DNA of 64,000 bases from Pseudomonadota bacterium (GCA_040756015.1 JBFMAC010000009.1:20104-84103), one strand, 5' to 3'; counted from the stretch's first letter, positions 19,501-29,112 are shown. A program made the numbers and translations. The notes: generated by a model not told the origin, from the letters alone.

Positions 19501-21483
19501 CTGCATACGCTGAAAAGCAGCGCGCGCACCGTGGGCGCAATGCAGTTGGGCGAGCAGGCACATGAGCTGGAAGCACAGGTGGCAGACGCGCTCGCCGCCG
19601 GCGGTGCCGCCGACCTGCTGGCCGCGGCCGGACACATGACGGAATCGCTGGAACGGTTGCGCCGCGGTGAAGCTCCTGCGACGCTGTTGCACATTTCTCC
19701 CGCCGTTATCGCCAGGCTGGTGGGCGAAGTCGGCGAAGCCAGCATCGCGCGCGCGCGCATGGCCAGCGAAGTCGATGGACTGCGTGCCGCGCTGGGCGAC
19801 CTCAACAATAGCGTGGTCAAGCTGGCCGGACAGTTGCGCGATCTGGAAATCGAGGCCGAAAGCCAGCTTGCTTCCGGGCATGGCGTTCGTACTGCCGGCA
19901 TTGCGGAATTCGACCCGCTTGAATTTGACCGCTACACCCGCTTGCAGGAACTCACCCGTTTTCTGGCGGAAAGCGTCAATGACGTGGCCACGGTGCGCCA
20001 GTCATTGCTGAAAAACGTCGTTGCTGCCGATGCCGCGCTGGCACAGCAGGGGCACGTCATGCGCGATTTGCAGCAGGGCTTGCTGCATCTGCGCCTGGCG
20101 CCGTTTGCCAGCCTGACAGAGCGCTTGCAGCGCGTGGTGCGCCAGAGCGCGCAGGAATGCGAGCGGCAGGCGCGGCTGGAAATCCGCGGCGGCGATGTCG
20201 AACTCGAATGCGGCCTGCTCGACCGCCTGGCCGCGCCGCTGGAGCACCTGCTGCGCAATGCTGTAGTGCATGGCATCGAGGCGGCGCCGGTGCGTGCCGC
20301 ACACGGCAAGGCGGCGGAAGGTACGGTGCGGATCGAAATTGGTTACCAGGGTGACGAGGCCGTGCTGACGCTGGCCGATGACGGCGCCGGCCTCGACCAT
20401 GCCGCGATTCTCGATAAGGCCAGGCAACTGGGACTGGTGGCCGCAGATAGCGTGCTCTCCGAGCAGCAGATCGAGGAGCTGATATTCCTGCCGGGCGTTT
20501 CTACCGCGCAGAAAGTCACGCCGCTGTCGGGGCGCGGCATCGGCATGAATGCCGTGAAAACCGGGGTGGCATTGATGAACGGGTGCATCGAGGTGACGAC
20601 ACGTCCCGGCCTGGGCACCACGGTGACGCTGCGCCTGCCGCTCAGCGTGCCGGTGGTGCAGGCGGCGCTGGTACGTATCGGCGCTGCGGTTTACGCATTG
20701 CCCGGCTATTTCGTGGCGCAGGTGCAGGAATTGAAACCCGCTGCCATGCACAGCCTGCTCAAGGCGGGCAATCTGGATTGGCAGGGCGTATCCTATCCGC
20801 TGCATTACCTCGCGCACCTGCTCGGCGAGCCGATCTTCGAACCGGAGCAGCGCCCATATTACCCGGTATTGTTGTTGCAGGGTGGTGCGCGGCGCGTGGC
20901 GCTGCTGGTCGATGAAGTTCTGCGCCAGGAGGAAGTGGTGGTGAAACCCCTGCCGCCGCAACTGGCCGGCATGGCCGGTCTCAGCGGCGCTACCGTGCTG
21001 GGCAGCGGACGCGCCGCGCTGATTGTCAACCCGTTCCGGCTGCAGGGCCCCACGCAACAGCCCGCTGTTGCAGAAGTGGTGAAGGAGGAGGTGTATTCGC
21101 CGCTGGTCATGGTGGTGGACGATTCCATCACCGTGCGCAAGGTCACCGGGCGCCTGCTGCAGCGTGCCGGCTACCGCGTGACGGAAGCCAAGGATGGCGT
21201 GGAAGCCCTGCAAATGATAGGGGTGGCGATGCCGGATGCGGTGCTGCTCGACATCGAGATGCCACGCATGGACGGCTTCGAACTGACCGGGCATCTGCGC
21301 GCCTTGCCACGCAGCGCCAACCTGCCCATCATCATGATCACCTCGCGCTCCGCCGACAAGCACCGCAATCACGCGCTGGCTCTGGGGGTTAACGTCTATC
21401 TGGGCAAGCCGTTTCAGGAGGTCGAGTTGCTGCAACATCTCGCTGCGCTTGCCAGGAGGCCGGCCGGGCAGCGCGTCGCCTGA
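16555..21483 (+). CDS. chpA: ChpA/PilL hybrid CheA-type histidine kinase (multi-Hpt, HATPase, CheW, REC)
   Basis: Hpt motifs FHTLKGSGR and LHTLKSSAR plus degenerate AHTLAGIAR and LHQVGGALR. N box LEHLLRNAVVHGIE, DDGAGLD, GRGIGMNAV. C-terminal REC VMVVDDSITVRK...DIEMPRMDG...KP. Confidence 0.9.
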   Translation: MSAAAAFDVGPLAWVRGEIDLALDEVRAHLAEFSACPENAAPLAAAQAPLHQVGGALRMVGLDGAARITDAMEAVLAVLRENKIEIAAWRSLDRAALALGQFVADLMGGAANRPLQLFPVYRELSEAVGNAAHPGDLFYPDLAELPAKPTLAAPLPPRQWSELMTAQRAAFQRGLLAWLKQDARGSAEMRAALEKVEAAQSRPAERMFWRSAGAFIEALGACGLDEQALGEARQLCARLDLQLRRIAAAPSPVAERLARDVLYFLARTHAGTPLIEEIRHHYRLDTLLPAATEEAYGEERVEKLRRAMAERVERAKVAWLAYTSGDAGRLLEVGRELAELKTLAADGGNDGLKRLLGALHDIAATLPGNFSAAPQALALEVATALLLAENLLAELAAPASYGAAAIDAMLARLRAVSRGEAPEKLSGLPLLDEASRHAQEKITLAQVAHEMRASLGQIEQALDAFFRDPEQRAMLPGLAANFAQILGACDMLAWDQAAALLRACQARVDRLADVQYRPGTGEFELLAEALAAAGFYLDAIEHGAVQAEQAVADALQRLQQGVPLAPPAPGPHVPGQASLEDQIAQRRAALAGLFDAWWGEPQDAARRTALREALETLAQDAQLIADAVLARVMEDALAALARDDGEEVHAAIVRITGVPVAPPAPFAQPTAAAPAAVDDELLAVYLEEAEQVLTAVTEQLAACRANPQDRNALAEIRRGFHTLKGSGRTIGMMELGEAAWRVEQVLDRWLEGGRKITPALLDFIGAAHAAFRNWAQTLEQGGTVAVQAEDWFAHAERLLGDVAVPAAAPAGAGEVQVGTVKLPAELYAIFTDEAARHLATLAGTPASLPVSSGALRAAHTLAGIARTAGFAAMAELAAALEQHLAGAPQAQAVERAVAALDAMLQAIRRRELPPADAGALAGLTATHEPVRAAGVQPDRPDVLLLPVFLAEAGELLATIVERLRSWQSAPLDEAASLDLRRALHTLKSSARTVGAMQLGEQAHELEAQVADALAAGGAADLLAAAGHMTESLERLRRGEAPATLLHISPAVIARLVGEVGEASIARARMASEVDGLRAALGDLNNSVVKLAGQLRDLEIEAESQLASGHGVRTAGIAEFDPLEFDRYTRLQELTRFLAESVNDVATVRQSLLKNVVAADAALAQQGHVMRDLQQGLLHLRLAPFASLTERLQRVVRQSAQECERQARLEIRGGDVELECGLLDRLAAPLEHLLRNAVVHGIEAAPVRAAHGKAAEGTVRIEIGYQGDEAVLTLADDGAGLDHAAILDKARQLGLVAADSVLSEQQIEELIFLPGVSTAQKVTPLSGRGIGMNAVKTGVALMNGCIEVTTRPGLGTTVTLRLPLSVPVVQAALVRIGAAVYALPGYFVAQVQELKPAAMHSLLKAGNLDWQGVSYPLHYLAHLLGEPIFEPEQRPYYPVLLLQGGARRVALLVDEVLRQEEVVVKPLPPQLAGMAGLSGATVLGSGRAALIVNPFRLQGPTQQPAVAEVVKEEVYSPLVMVVDDSITVRKVTGRLLQRAGYRVTEAKDGVEALQMIGVAMPDAVLLDIEMPRMDGFELTGHLRALPRSANLPIIMITSRSADKHRNHALALGVNVYLGKPFQEVELLQHLAALARRPAGQRVA

Positions 21484-21536
21484 TGGTTCCTGTAGAATGA
21501 GGGCAGATACAGGCCCTGCACGAAACGTCGCTCCCC

Positions 21537-23048
21537 ATGAAACCCGATGAATTGTCCAATGCGGTGCGCGCCGCGTACGAGCGCCACCAGCGCGGTGATC
21601 TGTCCGGCGCGGAAGCCGGATACCGCCACATTCTCGAGCACCATCCCGACGACGCCAACGTCCTCCACCTGCTCGGGTTGGCGCTGTTCCAGCAGGGCAA
21701 CGCCGCAGCAGGCAGCGTCGCAGTGCGTCGCGCCATCGCGGCCCGGCCGCGCGAATCGTTGTTCCATTTCAACCTCGCTGTCATCCTCGGAGAAACCAAA
21801 CAGATGGCCGAAGCCGAGGCCAGCCTGCGCCAGGCGCTCGCCCTGAAACCAGATTACCTTGATGCCGTCCTGGGGCTGGCCAATTTATTGAAAGGTAGCG
21901 GCCGCGCCGCCGAGGCGGCTGCGCTGTGCCGCAGGGCATTGCAGTCCGGGGCCAACGCCGGCAGCGCGGCACTGCATCACAAACTGGCCACCCTGTTGCA
22001 GGAACTGGGCAACTGGGAGGCTGCGGTCGAGAGCTATCTGCAAGCACTGCGCATCGCGCCGGGCATGGCCGACGCCCGCTTGCAACTGGCGCATCTGCTG
22101 CACACGCAAGGCCATGTCGAACAGGCCGTGGAGAATTACCGACAGGTGCTGGCGGTGCAGCCGGAGCATGCGATGGCGCACATGTACTTGGGGCGGGCGC
22201 TCGCCGCGCTGGGGCGCGGCGAAGAGGCGGTCGGCCACGCCCGCAAGGCGGTAGCGTTGTTGCCGCAACATGCCGATGCCTACCGTCATTTGGGCGCGGT
22301 GCTGTTCGAAGCGGGATATCGCCAGGAAGCGAGTGACGCCTACCGGCAGGCGCTGGCGCTGCGCCCGGGCGATACCGTGATACAGCACCTGCTCGATTCG
22401 CTGGAAAGCGTCACCACCGAACGTGCCAGCGCCGAGTACGTCAAAGTGGTGTTCGACGAATTCGCCGGCCGCTTCGAGCAGGACCTCCAGCAGGGCTTGG
22501 GATACGACGTACCCGCGCAGCTACGCCGCCTGCTGGAAAAGAACCTGCCGCAGGCGCGCTTCGATGCGCTGCTCGATATCGGTTGCGGCACCGGGCTGTG
22601 CGGTGTGGCCATGCGTGACGTGGTCGGGCATCTGACTGGCGTCGACCTGTCGGCAAAAATGCTGGCGCAGGCGCAGCAGAAGCATATCTATCACAGCCTG
22701 GTCGAAGCGGATGTCGAGACCTATCTGCAGGACTGCGCCGCCGATGCCTTCGACGTGGTGGTTTCGGCCGACGTGTTCATTTACATCGGCAAGCTGGAGC
22801 ACAGTTTCGCGCATATCGCCAGGGTGCTGCGGGCAGGCGGGGTGTTCGTCTATTCGGCGGAAAGCACGGATGCGGCCGACTACGTGCTCGGCGCCACCGG
22901 GCGCTACCGGCACCATGCCGACTACCTGCGGCGCCTGGCGCGACAGCATGGTTTGCATGAACTGGATTTTTCCCCCACCACTATTCGTTCCGAATTCGGT
23001 AAGCCGGTGCCCGGCTACATCGTACTGCTGCGAAAACCCCCAGCGTAG
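21537..23048 (+). CDS. TPR-repeat protein fused to a class I SAM-dependent methyltransferase domain
   Basis: N-terminal half is TPR-like repeats (AEA.YR..L...P....A...LG). C-terminal half has SAM motif [13 protein letters not shown]. Confidence 0.8.
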   Translation: MKPDELSNAVRAAYERHQRGDLSGAEAGYRHILEHHPDDANVLHLLGLALFQQGNAAAGSVAVRRAIAARPRESLFHFNLAVILGETKQMAEAEASLRQALALKPDYLDAVLGLANLLKGSGRAAEAAALCRRALQSGANAGSAALHHKLATLLQELGNWEAAVESYLQALRIAPGMADARLQLAHLLHTQGHVEQAVENYRQVLAVQPEHAMAHMYLGRALAALGRGEEAVGHARKAVALLPQHADAYRHLGAVLFEAGYRQEASDAYRQALALRPGDTVIQHLLDSLESVTTERASAEYVKVVFDEFAGRFEQDLQQGLGYDVPAQLRRLLEKNLPQARFDALLDIGCGTGLCGVAMRDVVGHLTGVDLSAKMLAQAQQKHIYHSLVEADVETYLQDCAADAFDVVVSADVFIYIGKLEHSFAHIARVLRAGGVFVYSAESTDAADYVLGATGRYRHHADYLRRLARQHGLHELDFSPTTIRSEFGKPVPGYIVLLRKPPA

Positions 23049-23181
23049 GCGGGCTGTCAGGTGGAATTTTCCACTCCATGCTTTTTGTGGGTACCTTGTG
23101 GCATTGCAACCCGTATAACATGGGATGGTGGCGTGCAACCGCGGTTTTACCCGAGCGGGCGGCCGTGCGCCGCGGCCGAGC

Positions 23182-23211
23182 TTGCCAAGTGGGCAGAAAC
23201 CGGCGTAAAAT
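23182..23211 (+). promoter_or_regulatory. Candidate sigma70 promoter for the rpsP operon
   Basis: TTGCCA, 18 nt, TAAAAT, located 35 nt upstream of the rpsP ATG. Confidence 0.35.
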
Positions 23212-23245
23212 CGCGCCCTTTTCGACAAATTCGGACGAGGTTGTC

Positions 23246-23497
23246 ATGGTAGTGATTCGACTCGCGCGCGGCGGCGCCAAAAAGCGGCCCTTTTACAACG
23301 TGGTGGTGGCGGACAAGCGCAACGCCCGCGACGGCCGCTTCATTGAGCGCGTCGGCTTTTACGACCCGAAGGCACCGGCAGGCAGCGAAGCCCTGCGCAT
23401 CGCGATGGATCGCGTGACCCACTGGCAAGGCCAGGGCGCGAAGCTGAGCGATACCGTGGTGCGCCTGGTCAAGCAGTTCGGCGCGAAGGCCGCCTGA
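23246..23497 (+). CDS. rpsP: 30S ribosomal protein S16
   Basis: [23 protein letters not shown]... Confidence 0.95.
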   Translation: MVVIRLARGGAKKRPFYNVVVADKRNARDGRFIERVGFYDPKAPAGSEALRIAMDRVTHWQGQGAKLSDTVVRLVKQFGAKAA

Positions 23498-23501
23498 GCG
23501 C

Positions 23502-24011
23502 ATGATCGTGATGGGGCGGGTGGCCGCCCCTTTCGGTGTGAAGGGCTGGATCAAGGTGCAGGCTTACACCGAGGTGCTGGACAGCCTGTGCGACTACCCG
23601 GTGTGGTGGCTGGGCCGGGAAGGTGCGACAGCAGACGCTTGGCGCGAAGTGCCGTTGGCGGAGTGCGCGGTGCACGGGCAGGCGTTGGTTGCGCGGCTGG
23701 AGGGCTGCAATGATCGCGATGCTGCTGCGATGTTGCGGGGATTGCAGATTGCGGTGCCGCGTGCGCAATTGCCCCCCAGCGGGAAAGATGAATTTTACTG
23801 GGCCGATTTGATCGGCCTGGCAGTGGTGAACCGCCGTAACGAACAATTTGGCACGGTGGCGGAATTGTTCGAAACCGGCGCCAACGATGTGCTGGTGGTG
23901 CGCGGCGGGCCGGATGGCAGGGAACGTTTGATTCCCTTCGTGGCAAGCGTGATCGACAAGGTTGATTTGGCCGCGCGGCGCATTACGGTGGATTGGGAAG
24001 CGGATTACTAG
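23502..24011 (+). CDS. rimM: Ribosome maturation factor RimM
   Basis: [16 protein letters not shown]-terminus, in rpsP-rimM-trmD-rplS synteny. Confidence 0.9.
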   Translation: MIVMGRVAAPFGVKGWIKVQAYTEVLDSLCDYPVWWLGREGATADAWREVPLAECAVHGQALVARLEGCNDRDAAAMLRGLQIAVPRAQLPPSGKDEFYWADLIGLAVVNRRNEQFGTVAELFETGANDVLVVRGGPDGRERLIPFVASVIDKVDLAARRITVDWEADY

Positions 24012-24021
24012 GGGATTGCTG

Positions 24022-24804
24022 ATGGAATTCGATGCCATCACGCTGTTCCCGGAAATGTTCGCCGCGATCACCGAGGCGGGCATTACGCGCCGCGCCAGGG
24101 AACGAGGCGCATACCGTCTGGCGTTGTGGAACCCGCGCGATTTTGCGTACGACAATTACCGCACCGTGGACGACCGGCCTTATGGCGGAGGTCCCGGCAT
24201 GGTGATGCTGGCGGAGCCGCTGGAAGCGGCGATTACGGCAGCGAAAGCGCGCCAGCGCGAGGCCGGCGTGGCACAGCCCAAGGTAGTGTACCTGTCACCG
24301 CAGGGACGCTTGCTGGATCACCGGCTGGTGATGGAATTGGGACGCGAGCAGGGGCTGGTGCTGCTGACGGGGCGTTACGAGGGCGTGGACGAGCGCCTGC
24401 TTGAACGCCAGGTGGACATGGAAATTTCCATCGGTGACTACGTCATGTCTGGCGGCGAGCTGGCGGCGATGGTGCTGATGGATGGTTTGATTCGGCAGAT
24501 GCCCGGCGTGTTGGGTGATGCCGATTCGGTGGCGCAGGATTCGTTCGTCAACGGCCTGCTGGATTGCCCGCATTACACCCGGCCCGAGGTGTACCAGGGC
24601 GTGGCGGTGCCGCCGGTGTTGCTATCCGGTAACCATGCGGAAATCAACCGCTGGCGGCTGAAGCAGGCGTTGGGCCGTACTTGGCAGCGGCGGGCGGATT
24701 TGCTGGAAAAATTGCTGGCGGAACGCCAGTTGACAACAGAGGAGTCTCGGCTTCTGGCGGAGTACCAGAAGGAACAAGATTCCCATAACAGGAGTGAAAC
24801 ATGA
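24022..24804 (+). CDS. trmD: tRNA (guanine37-N1)-methyltransferase
   Basis: [11 protein letters not shown]...[14 protein letters not shown]...[10 protein letters not shown] motifs. Confidence 0.95.
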   Translation: MEFDAITLFPEMFAAITEAGITRRARERGAYRLALWNPRDFAYDNYRTVDDRPYGGGPGMVMLAEPLEAAITAAKARQREAGVAQPKVVYLSPQGRLLDHRLVMELGREQGLVLLTGRYEGVDERLLERQVDMEISIGDYVMSGGELAAMVLMDGLIRQMPGVLGDADSVAQDSFVNGLLDCPHYTRPEVYQGVAVPPVLLSGNHAEINRWRLKQALGRTWQRRADLLEKLLAERQLTTEESRLLAEYQKEQDSHNRSET

Positions 24805-25175
24805 ACTTGATCGAGCAGCTGGAAAAAGAAGAGATTGCCCGTCTGGGCAAGAACATTCCCGACTTCGCGCCGGGCGACACCGTGATCGTCGGTGTCAACG
24901 TGGTGGAAGGCAACCGCAAGCGCGTGCAGGCCTATGAAGGCGTGGTGATCGCCAAGCGTAACCGCGGCCTCAATTCAGCCTTCACCGTGCGCAAGATTTC
25001 CTCTGGCGAAGGTGTGGAGCGTACCTTCCAGACCTATTCGCCGAGCATCGCCAACATCGAAGTGAAGCGCAAGGGCGACGTACGCCGCGCCAAGCTCTAC
25101 TACCTGCGCGAGCGTTCCGGTAAGTCGGCACGCATCAAGGAAAAGCTGGCGGGCGCGGGAAAAGACGCGCAATAA
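24801..25175 (+). CDS. rplS: 50S ribosomal protein L19
   Basis: [11 protein letters not shown]...FAPGDTV.V.V.V.EG.R.R.Q.FEGVVIA pattern. ATGA overlap with trmD. Confidence 0.95.
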   Translation: MNLIEQLEKEEIARLGKNIPDFAPGDTVIVGVNVVEGNRKRVQAYEGVVIAKRNRGLNSAFTVRKISSGEGVERTFQTYSPSIANIEVKRKGDVRRAKLYYLRERSGKSARIKEKLAGAGKDAQ

Positions 25176-25197
25176 GATTTTCCGCCGCAAACAAAAA

Positions 25198-25228
25198 GGC
25201 GATCGGGGTTCCGGGTCGCCTTTTTTGT
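25198..25228 (+). terminator. Rho-independent terminator after rplS
   Basis: GGCGATCGG..CCGGGTCGCC stem followed by TTTTTTGTTT. Confidence 0.75.
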
Positions 25229-25251
25229 TTGCGGATGTTTTAGAATGCGGT

Positions 25252-26619
25252 ATGCAAATTTTTTCCGGCATCCTGCTTGCCCTGTTGCTTGTTGCTTCCA
25301 CTCATGCCGCCGGCGAGACGCTGGCCGACGCGCAGAAACTCGCCGATGCCGGCGCCCATGAGCTGGCGTTGCGTCGCATCGAGCGGACCCAGCCGCATGT
25401 TGATGACCCGCGCTGGGCGGAGTGGGAAGCGCTGCGCTTCGACCTGCTCGACCGCCTGGGCCATGCGGAGGAAACGCTGAAGCGCGCCGCCATCATGCCT
25501 GCCACGACGCCGGAGGCGTTACGCCGCAAGGTGCACTTGCAGGCGGCGCAGGCGGCGATCAGGCTCGGCGATGGCAAGCGCGCACGCGAAGAGCTGTTGC
25601 CGCTGCTCTGGCGGTTCGCGGCAGACGCTGGCGAGCAGCGCGCGCTGCGCATGCTGGTGGTGGAAAGTTACTTGGCCGACAAGAACGGCGAGGAGGCATA
25701 CCTGGCGATGCTGCGTTACCAGCAGGATTACCAGCCACTGACCAGGGCTGAGGCCGAGCGTTTTGTCGAAGGTCTGCTGGCACGCGGCATGGCCAACGAG
25801 GCGATCAACTGGCTGGCGCAACTCGACGAAGAAGGCGCCCTGAAACTCAGGCTGCGTTTGCAAGCTGGGTTGATCGCGGTACCAGTGGCGGTGGAGCAGG
25901 CGCGCGCGGGCTGGCAACGAAGTGGCGAAATGGCGTTTGCCGAAGTCATGCTGCAAGCGGCGACGCTTGCCAATGACGTGCTGCTGCGTATCGAAGCGCT
26001 CGAGCACCTCGCCAATGCTGCGCAGGGCGAGTTCAACGCGGGCGAGCTGTGGCGCGCCTATCGCGAGGCCGCGCCGGACGTGGCCAATCGCTACCACCTG
26101 CTCAACGGCGATGACGCAGGTTGGCTGGAGGCGGCGGCGAAGCTGCCCATGGAGGAGGTGGTGGCGGCACGCACTTTGTTTGTTTACCTTACCACCCAGG
26201 CACTGTCCGAAGCGGTGCGCGCGGAAGCGCGGCGGCAGCTGCTGCTGTCGCTGGTGGCGACGCACCACGACTTTACTGCGCTGCGCCTGTTTGAGCAATC
26301 CACCGCCCAGGTGCTGGTGCTGCTTGATGGACAGGACAAGGCGGATGCGCTGATGCTGCTTGGCGGGCTTGCGCAGCGCGGTGGCGATGCTGCCGCAGCA
26401 GCGGAATATTTCCTTGCCGCAGCCGATGCCAGGAACGATGCATTCGGGCGCAAGGCGCGCCTGGCGGCGGCGGCCAGCCTGCTCCAGACTGGTTACCTAG
26501 AAGACGCACTGGCACAGTACGACTGGCTGCTGAAAAATCCTCCCCCCGCCAAGGCCGCAAAAGCAGGAAAAGCGGCCAGGTCAGGTAGAGCGGCCACTAC
26601 CCCTCCTGCCCAGCCATGA
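25252..26619 (+). CDS. Secreted all-alpha Ala/Leu-rich protein of unknown function, with Lys/Ala/Pro-rich C-terminal tail
   Basis: Signal peptide MQIFSGILLALLLVASTHAAG. Start moved to ATG 25252 because 25225 lies inside the rplS terminator. The stop overlaps the ogt ATG (ATGA). Confidence 0.6.
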   Translation: MQIFSGILLALLLVASTHAAGETLADAQKLADAGAHELALRRIERTQPHVDDPRWAEWEALRFDLLDRLGHAEETLKRAAIMPATTPEALRRKVHLQAAQAAIRLGDGKRAREELLPLLWRFAADAGEQRALRMLVVESYLADKNGEEAYLAMLRYQQDYQPLTRAEAERFVEGLLARGMANEAINWLAQLDEEGALKLRLRLQAGLIAVPVAVEQARAGWQRSGEMAFAEVMLQAATLANDVLLRIEALEHLANAAQGEFNAGELWRAYREAAPDVANRYHLLNGDDAGWLEAAAKLPMEEVVAARTLFVYLTTQALSEAVRAEARRQLLLSLVATHHDFTALRLFEQSTAQVLVLLDGQDKADALMLLGGLAQRGGDAAAAAEYFLAAADARNDAFGRKARLAAAASLLQTGYLEDALAQYDWLLKNPPPAKAAKAGKAARSGRAATTPPAQP

Positions 26620-27083
26620 GCTACCAGGCCAAGCTGGCGACGCCGTTCGCGGTGCTTGGCATCCGCACCGAGGATGAACGCCTCATCGGCATCGAGTTCC
26701 TGCCGCGCAATACGCTGGCGCTGGCCGCGCAAACGCCGCTGGTGCGCGAAACCTGCCGCCAGTTGCAGGCGTATCTCAAGGATGCGCACTTTGTTTTCGA
26801 TCTGCCGCTGCATCTCGATGGCACAGCATTCCAGCAGTGTGCGTGGCAGGCGCTGCGTCGCATCCCGGCGGGCAAGACGCTTACCTATGGCGAGCTTGCG
26901 CAACGGTTGCACACCGCCGCGCGCGCGGTGGGGGGTGCCTGCGGCGCCAATCCCATCCCTATCGTGGTGCCCTGCCATCGCATCGTTGGCGCGCATGGCC
27001 TGGGTGGTTTCATGAATGCCGGCGATGGCGACCCGCTCGCGATCAAGCGCTGGTTGTTGTGTCACGAAGGCCATGACGTCTGA
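26616..27083 (+). CDS. ogt: Methylated-DNA--protein-cysteine methyltransferase
   Basis: Active-site IPIVVPCHRIVGA, 155 aa. Confidence 0.85.
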   Translation: MSYQAKLATPFAVLGIRTEDERLIGIEFLPRNTLALAAQTPLVRETCRQLQAYLKDAHFVFDLPLHLDGTAFQQCAWQALRRIPAGKTLTYGELAQRLHTAARAVGGACGANPIPIVVPCHRIVGAHGLGGFMNAGDGDPLAIKRWLLCHEGHDV

Positions 27084-27978
27084 GTTTGATGCACTGCTCG
27101 ACGAGTTTGCCGATGCGCTATGGCTGGAAGACGGCTTGTCGAAAAATACGCTGGAGAGCTACCGCCGCGACTTGCGCAAATTTGGCGCCTGGCTCGGCCA
27201 GCGTGGCAAGACGTTGATCTCTGCAACGGAAGCCGACCTGCATGCCTACCTCGCCTACCTGCATCCGCACACCAGGCCGAAAAGCACGGCACGCCTGGTT
27301 TCCAGCCTGAAGCGGTTTTACCGTTACCTGTTGCGGCAGGGGAAAATCACCGTCGATCCCACTGCGCAACTTGCTTCGCCCAAGATGCCGCGCAGCCTGC
27401 CGAAAAGCCTGACCGAGGCCGATGTCGAATTGTTGCTTGCCGCGCCGCAAGTGGAAACGTCGCTCGGCCTGCGCGACAAGGCGATGCTGGAAACGTTATA
27501 CGCCAGCGGCCTGCGCGTGTCGGAACTGGTGGGGCTCGGTGTAGGCCAGGTGAGCCAGGACATGGGCGTGGTGCGGGTGCTGGGCAAGGGAGACAAGGAG
27601 CGCATCGTTCCATTGGGGGAGGAAGCGCTGGCCTGGTTGAAGCGCTACCTGAGCGAAGCGCGCCCGGCGCTGCTCGGCGGCCAGTCGAGCGCAGCGCTGT
27701 TTGTCACCGCACGCGGAGCGGGAATGACGCGCCAGGCGTTCTGGCATTTGCTCAGGCGCTACGCGCTACGCGCCGGCGTCACCAAGCCGCTGTCGCCGCA
27801 CACGTTGCGCCATGCTTTCGCTACCCATCTGCTCAACCATGGTGCTGACTTGCGCGTGGTGCAACTGCTGCTCGGCCACGCCGACATTTCCACCACGCAG
27901 ATTTACACGCATGTGGCACGGGAGCGACTTAAACAATTGCATGAGCAGCATCATCCTAGGGGGCGAACTATCGGCTAA
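27073..27978 (+). CDS. xerD: Tyrosine recombinase XerD (chromosome dimer resolution)
   Basis: FADALWLEDGLSKNTLESYRRDL N-terminus and HTLRHAFATHLLNHGADLRVVQLLLGHADISTTQIYTHV C-terminus. Confidence 0.9.
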   Translation: MTSEFDALLDEFADALWLEDGLSKNTLESYRRDLRKFGAWLGQRGKTLISATEADLHAYLAYLHPHTRPKSTARLVSSLKRFYRYLLRQGKITVDPTAQLASPKMPRSLPKSLTEADVELLLAAPQVETSLGLRDKAMLETLYASGLRVSELVGLGVGQVSQDMGVVRVLGKGDKERIVPLGEEALAWLKRYLSEARPALLGGQSSAALFVTARGAGMTRQAFWHLLRRYALRAGVTKPLSPHTLRHAFATHLLNHGADLRVVQLLLGHADISTTQIYTHVARERLKQLHEQHHPRGRTIG

Positions 27979-28009
27979 TATTTTAGTTTAGGAAGGCCTG
28001 ATTAATTCC

Positions 28010-28044
28010 TCCGTTCATGGTTCGACAGGCTCACCACGAACGGA
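28010..28044. terminator. Hairpin between convergent xerD and folB; possible bidirectional terminator or REP-like element
   Basis: TCCGTTCATGGT, 11-nt loop, ACCACGAACGGA (12 bp with one mismatch). No strong U-run on either strand. Confidence 0.45.
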
Positions 28045-28060
28045 CTTATTCAGAGTTTTC

Positions 28061-28417
28061 CTAATTATTTCCTGTGCGTTCAATCGTCACGCCCACCTGC
28101 TTGACGCCGCGCAGCATGCCGAGCTTAGCGACGCTGATTTTGACCCAGGGTGCGCCGAATTCGGTGAGGATGAGACGGGCGACATGTTCGGCAAGGCGCT
28201 CCAGCAACATGAAGCGCTGTTCGGCGAGCGCCACGCGCAGTCGCTCGACCACCTTGCCGTAGTCTATGGTGTCGGCGATGGCGTCGCTGTGCCACACGTG
28301 CGAACCGGGGATGCCAATTTCGAGGCTGAGCTCTATGGTTTGCGGCAGGTGTTTTTCCCACTCGTAAATGCCGACCAGGGCTTCGAGACGTAATTCGCGG
28401 ATGAATATGGTGTCCAT
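28061..28417 (-). CDS. folB: Dihydroneopterin aldolase
   Basis: MDTIFIRELRLEALVGIYEWEK...DTIDYGKV pattern, 118 aa from ATG 28417. Confidence 0.85.
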   Translation of the reverse strand: MDTIFIRELRLEALVGIYEWEKHLPQTIELSLEIGIPGSHVWHSDAIADTIDYGKVVERLRVALAEQRFMLLERLAEHVARLILTEFGAPWVKISVAKLGMLRGVKQVGVTIERTGNN

Positions 28418-28502
28418 GTAGAAGATGGCTCGCTGTCGGGAAGGTGTGCGGCAAGCTGACATGCCGTAAAATGTCGGCAAATTGTATGCGATCCCTGTGG
28501 CG

Positions 28503-29102
28503 ATGACGATCCTTTTCATTTTTCTGGCTTACCTGATCGGTTCGATTTCCTTTGCGGTACTGGTGAGCCGCGCCTTCGGCCTGCCCGATCCGCGCAGCTA
28601 CGGCTCGCACAACCCGGGCGCCACCAACGTGCTGCGCACCGGCAAGAAAGCGGCGGCAATACTGACACTGCTGGGCGACGCGACCAAGGGTTGGGGGGCG
28701 GTGACATTGGCGAAATTCGCGGTGCCGGATGCAGGCGCAGCCTTGCTCGCGGCGGCCGGGCTGGCAGTGTTCATCGGCCATTTGTTTCCGGTGTTCTTCC
28801 GCTTCCAGGGCGGCAAGGGGGTGGCCACCGCGCTCGGCGTGCTGCTGGCTTTCAGTCCGTGGCTGGGCCTGAGTGTGCTCGGCATGTGGATCACGGTGGC
28901 GGTGGTGTCTAAAATTTCATCGCTGGCCGCGCTGGTTGCCGCAATCTGCGCGCCGTTCTTTGCCACCGGCATGTTGGGCTGGGGCGTGCAGGCGGCGACG
29001 GTGGCAGTGATTGCCGCGTTGCTGGTCTGGCGACATAAAACCAACATCCAGAAGCTGCTGGCCGGCACCGAGGGCAAGATCAAGCCGGCGGAAAAGTTCT
29101 GA
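28503..29102 (+). CDS. plsY: Glycerol-3-phosphate acyltransferase PlsY
   Basis: [39 protein letters not shown] motif. First ATG is 28503, and the ORF-track start 28482 is a TTG. Confidence 0.9.
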   Translation: MTILFIFLAYLIGSISFAVLVSRAFGLPDPRSYGSHNPGATNVLRTGKKAAAILTLLGDATKGWGAVTLAKFAVPDAGAALLAAAGLAVFIGHLFPVFFRFQGGKGVATALGVLLAFSPWLGLSVLGMWITVAVVSKISSLAALVAAICAPFFATGMLGWGVQAATVAVIAALLVWRHKTNIQKLLAGTEGKIKPAEKF

Positions 29103-29112
29103 CGGGGCGCAC

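Noticed and set aside
27073-27978. Tyrosine recombinase as a possible integrase marking a mobile element.
   Set aside because: The sequence and length match chromosomal XerD. It lies 16 kb from the metal island, and no att-like repeats, tRNA target or phage or ICE genes are adjacent.
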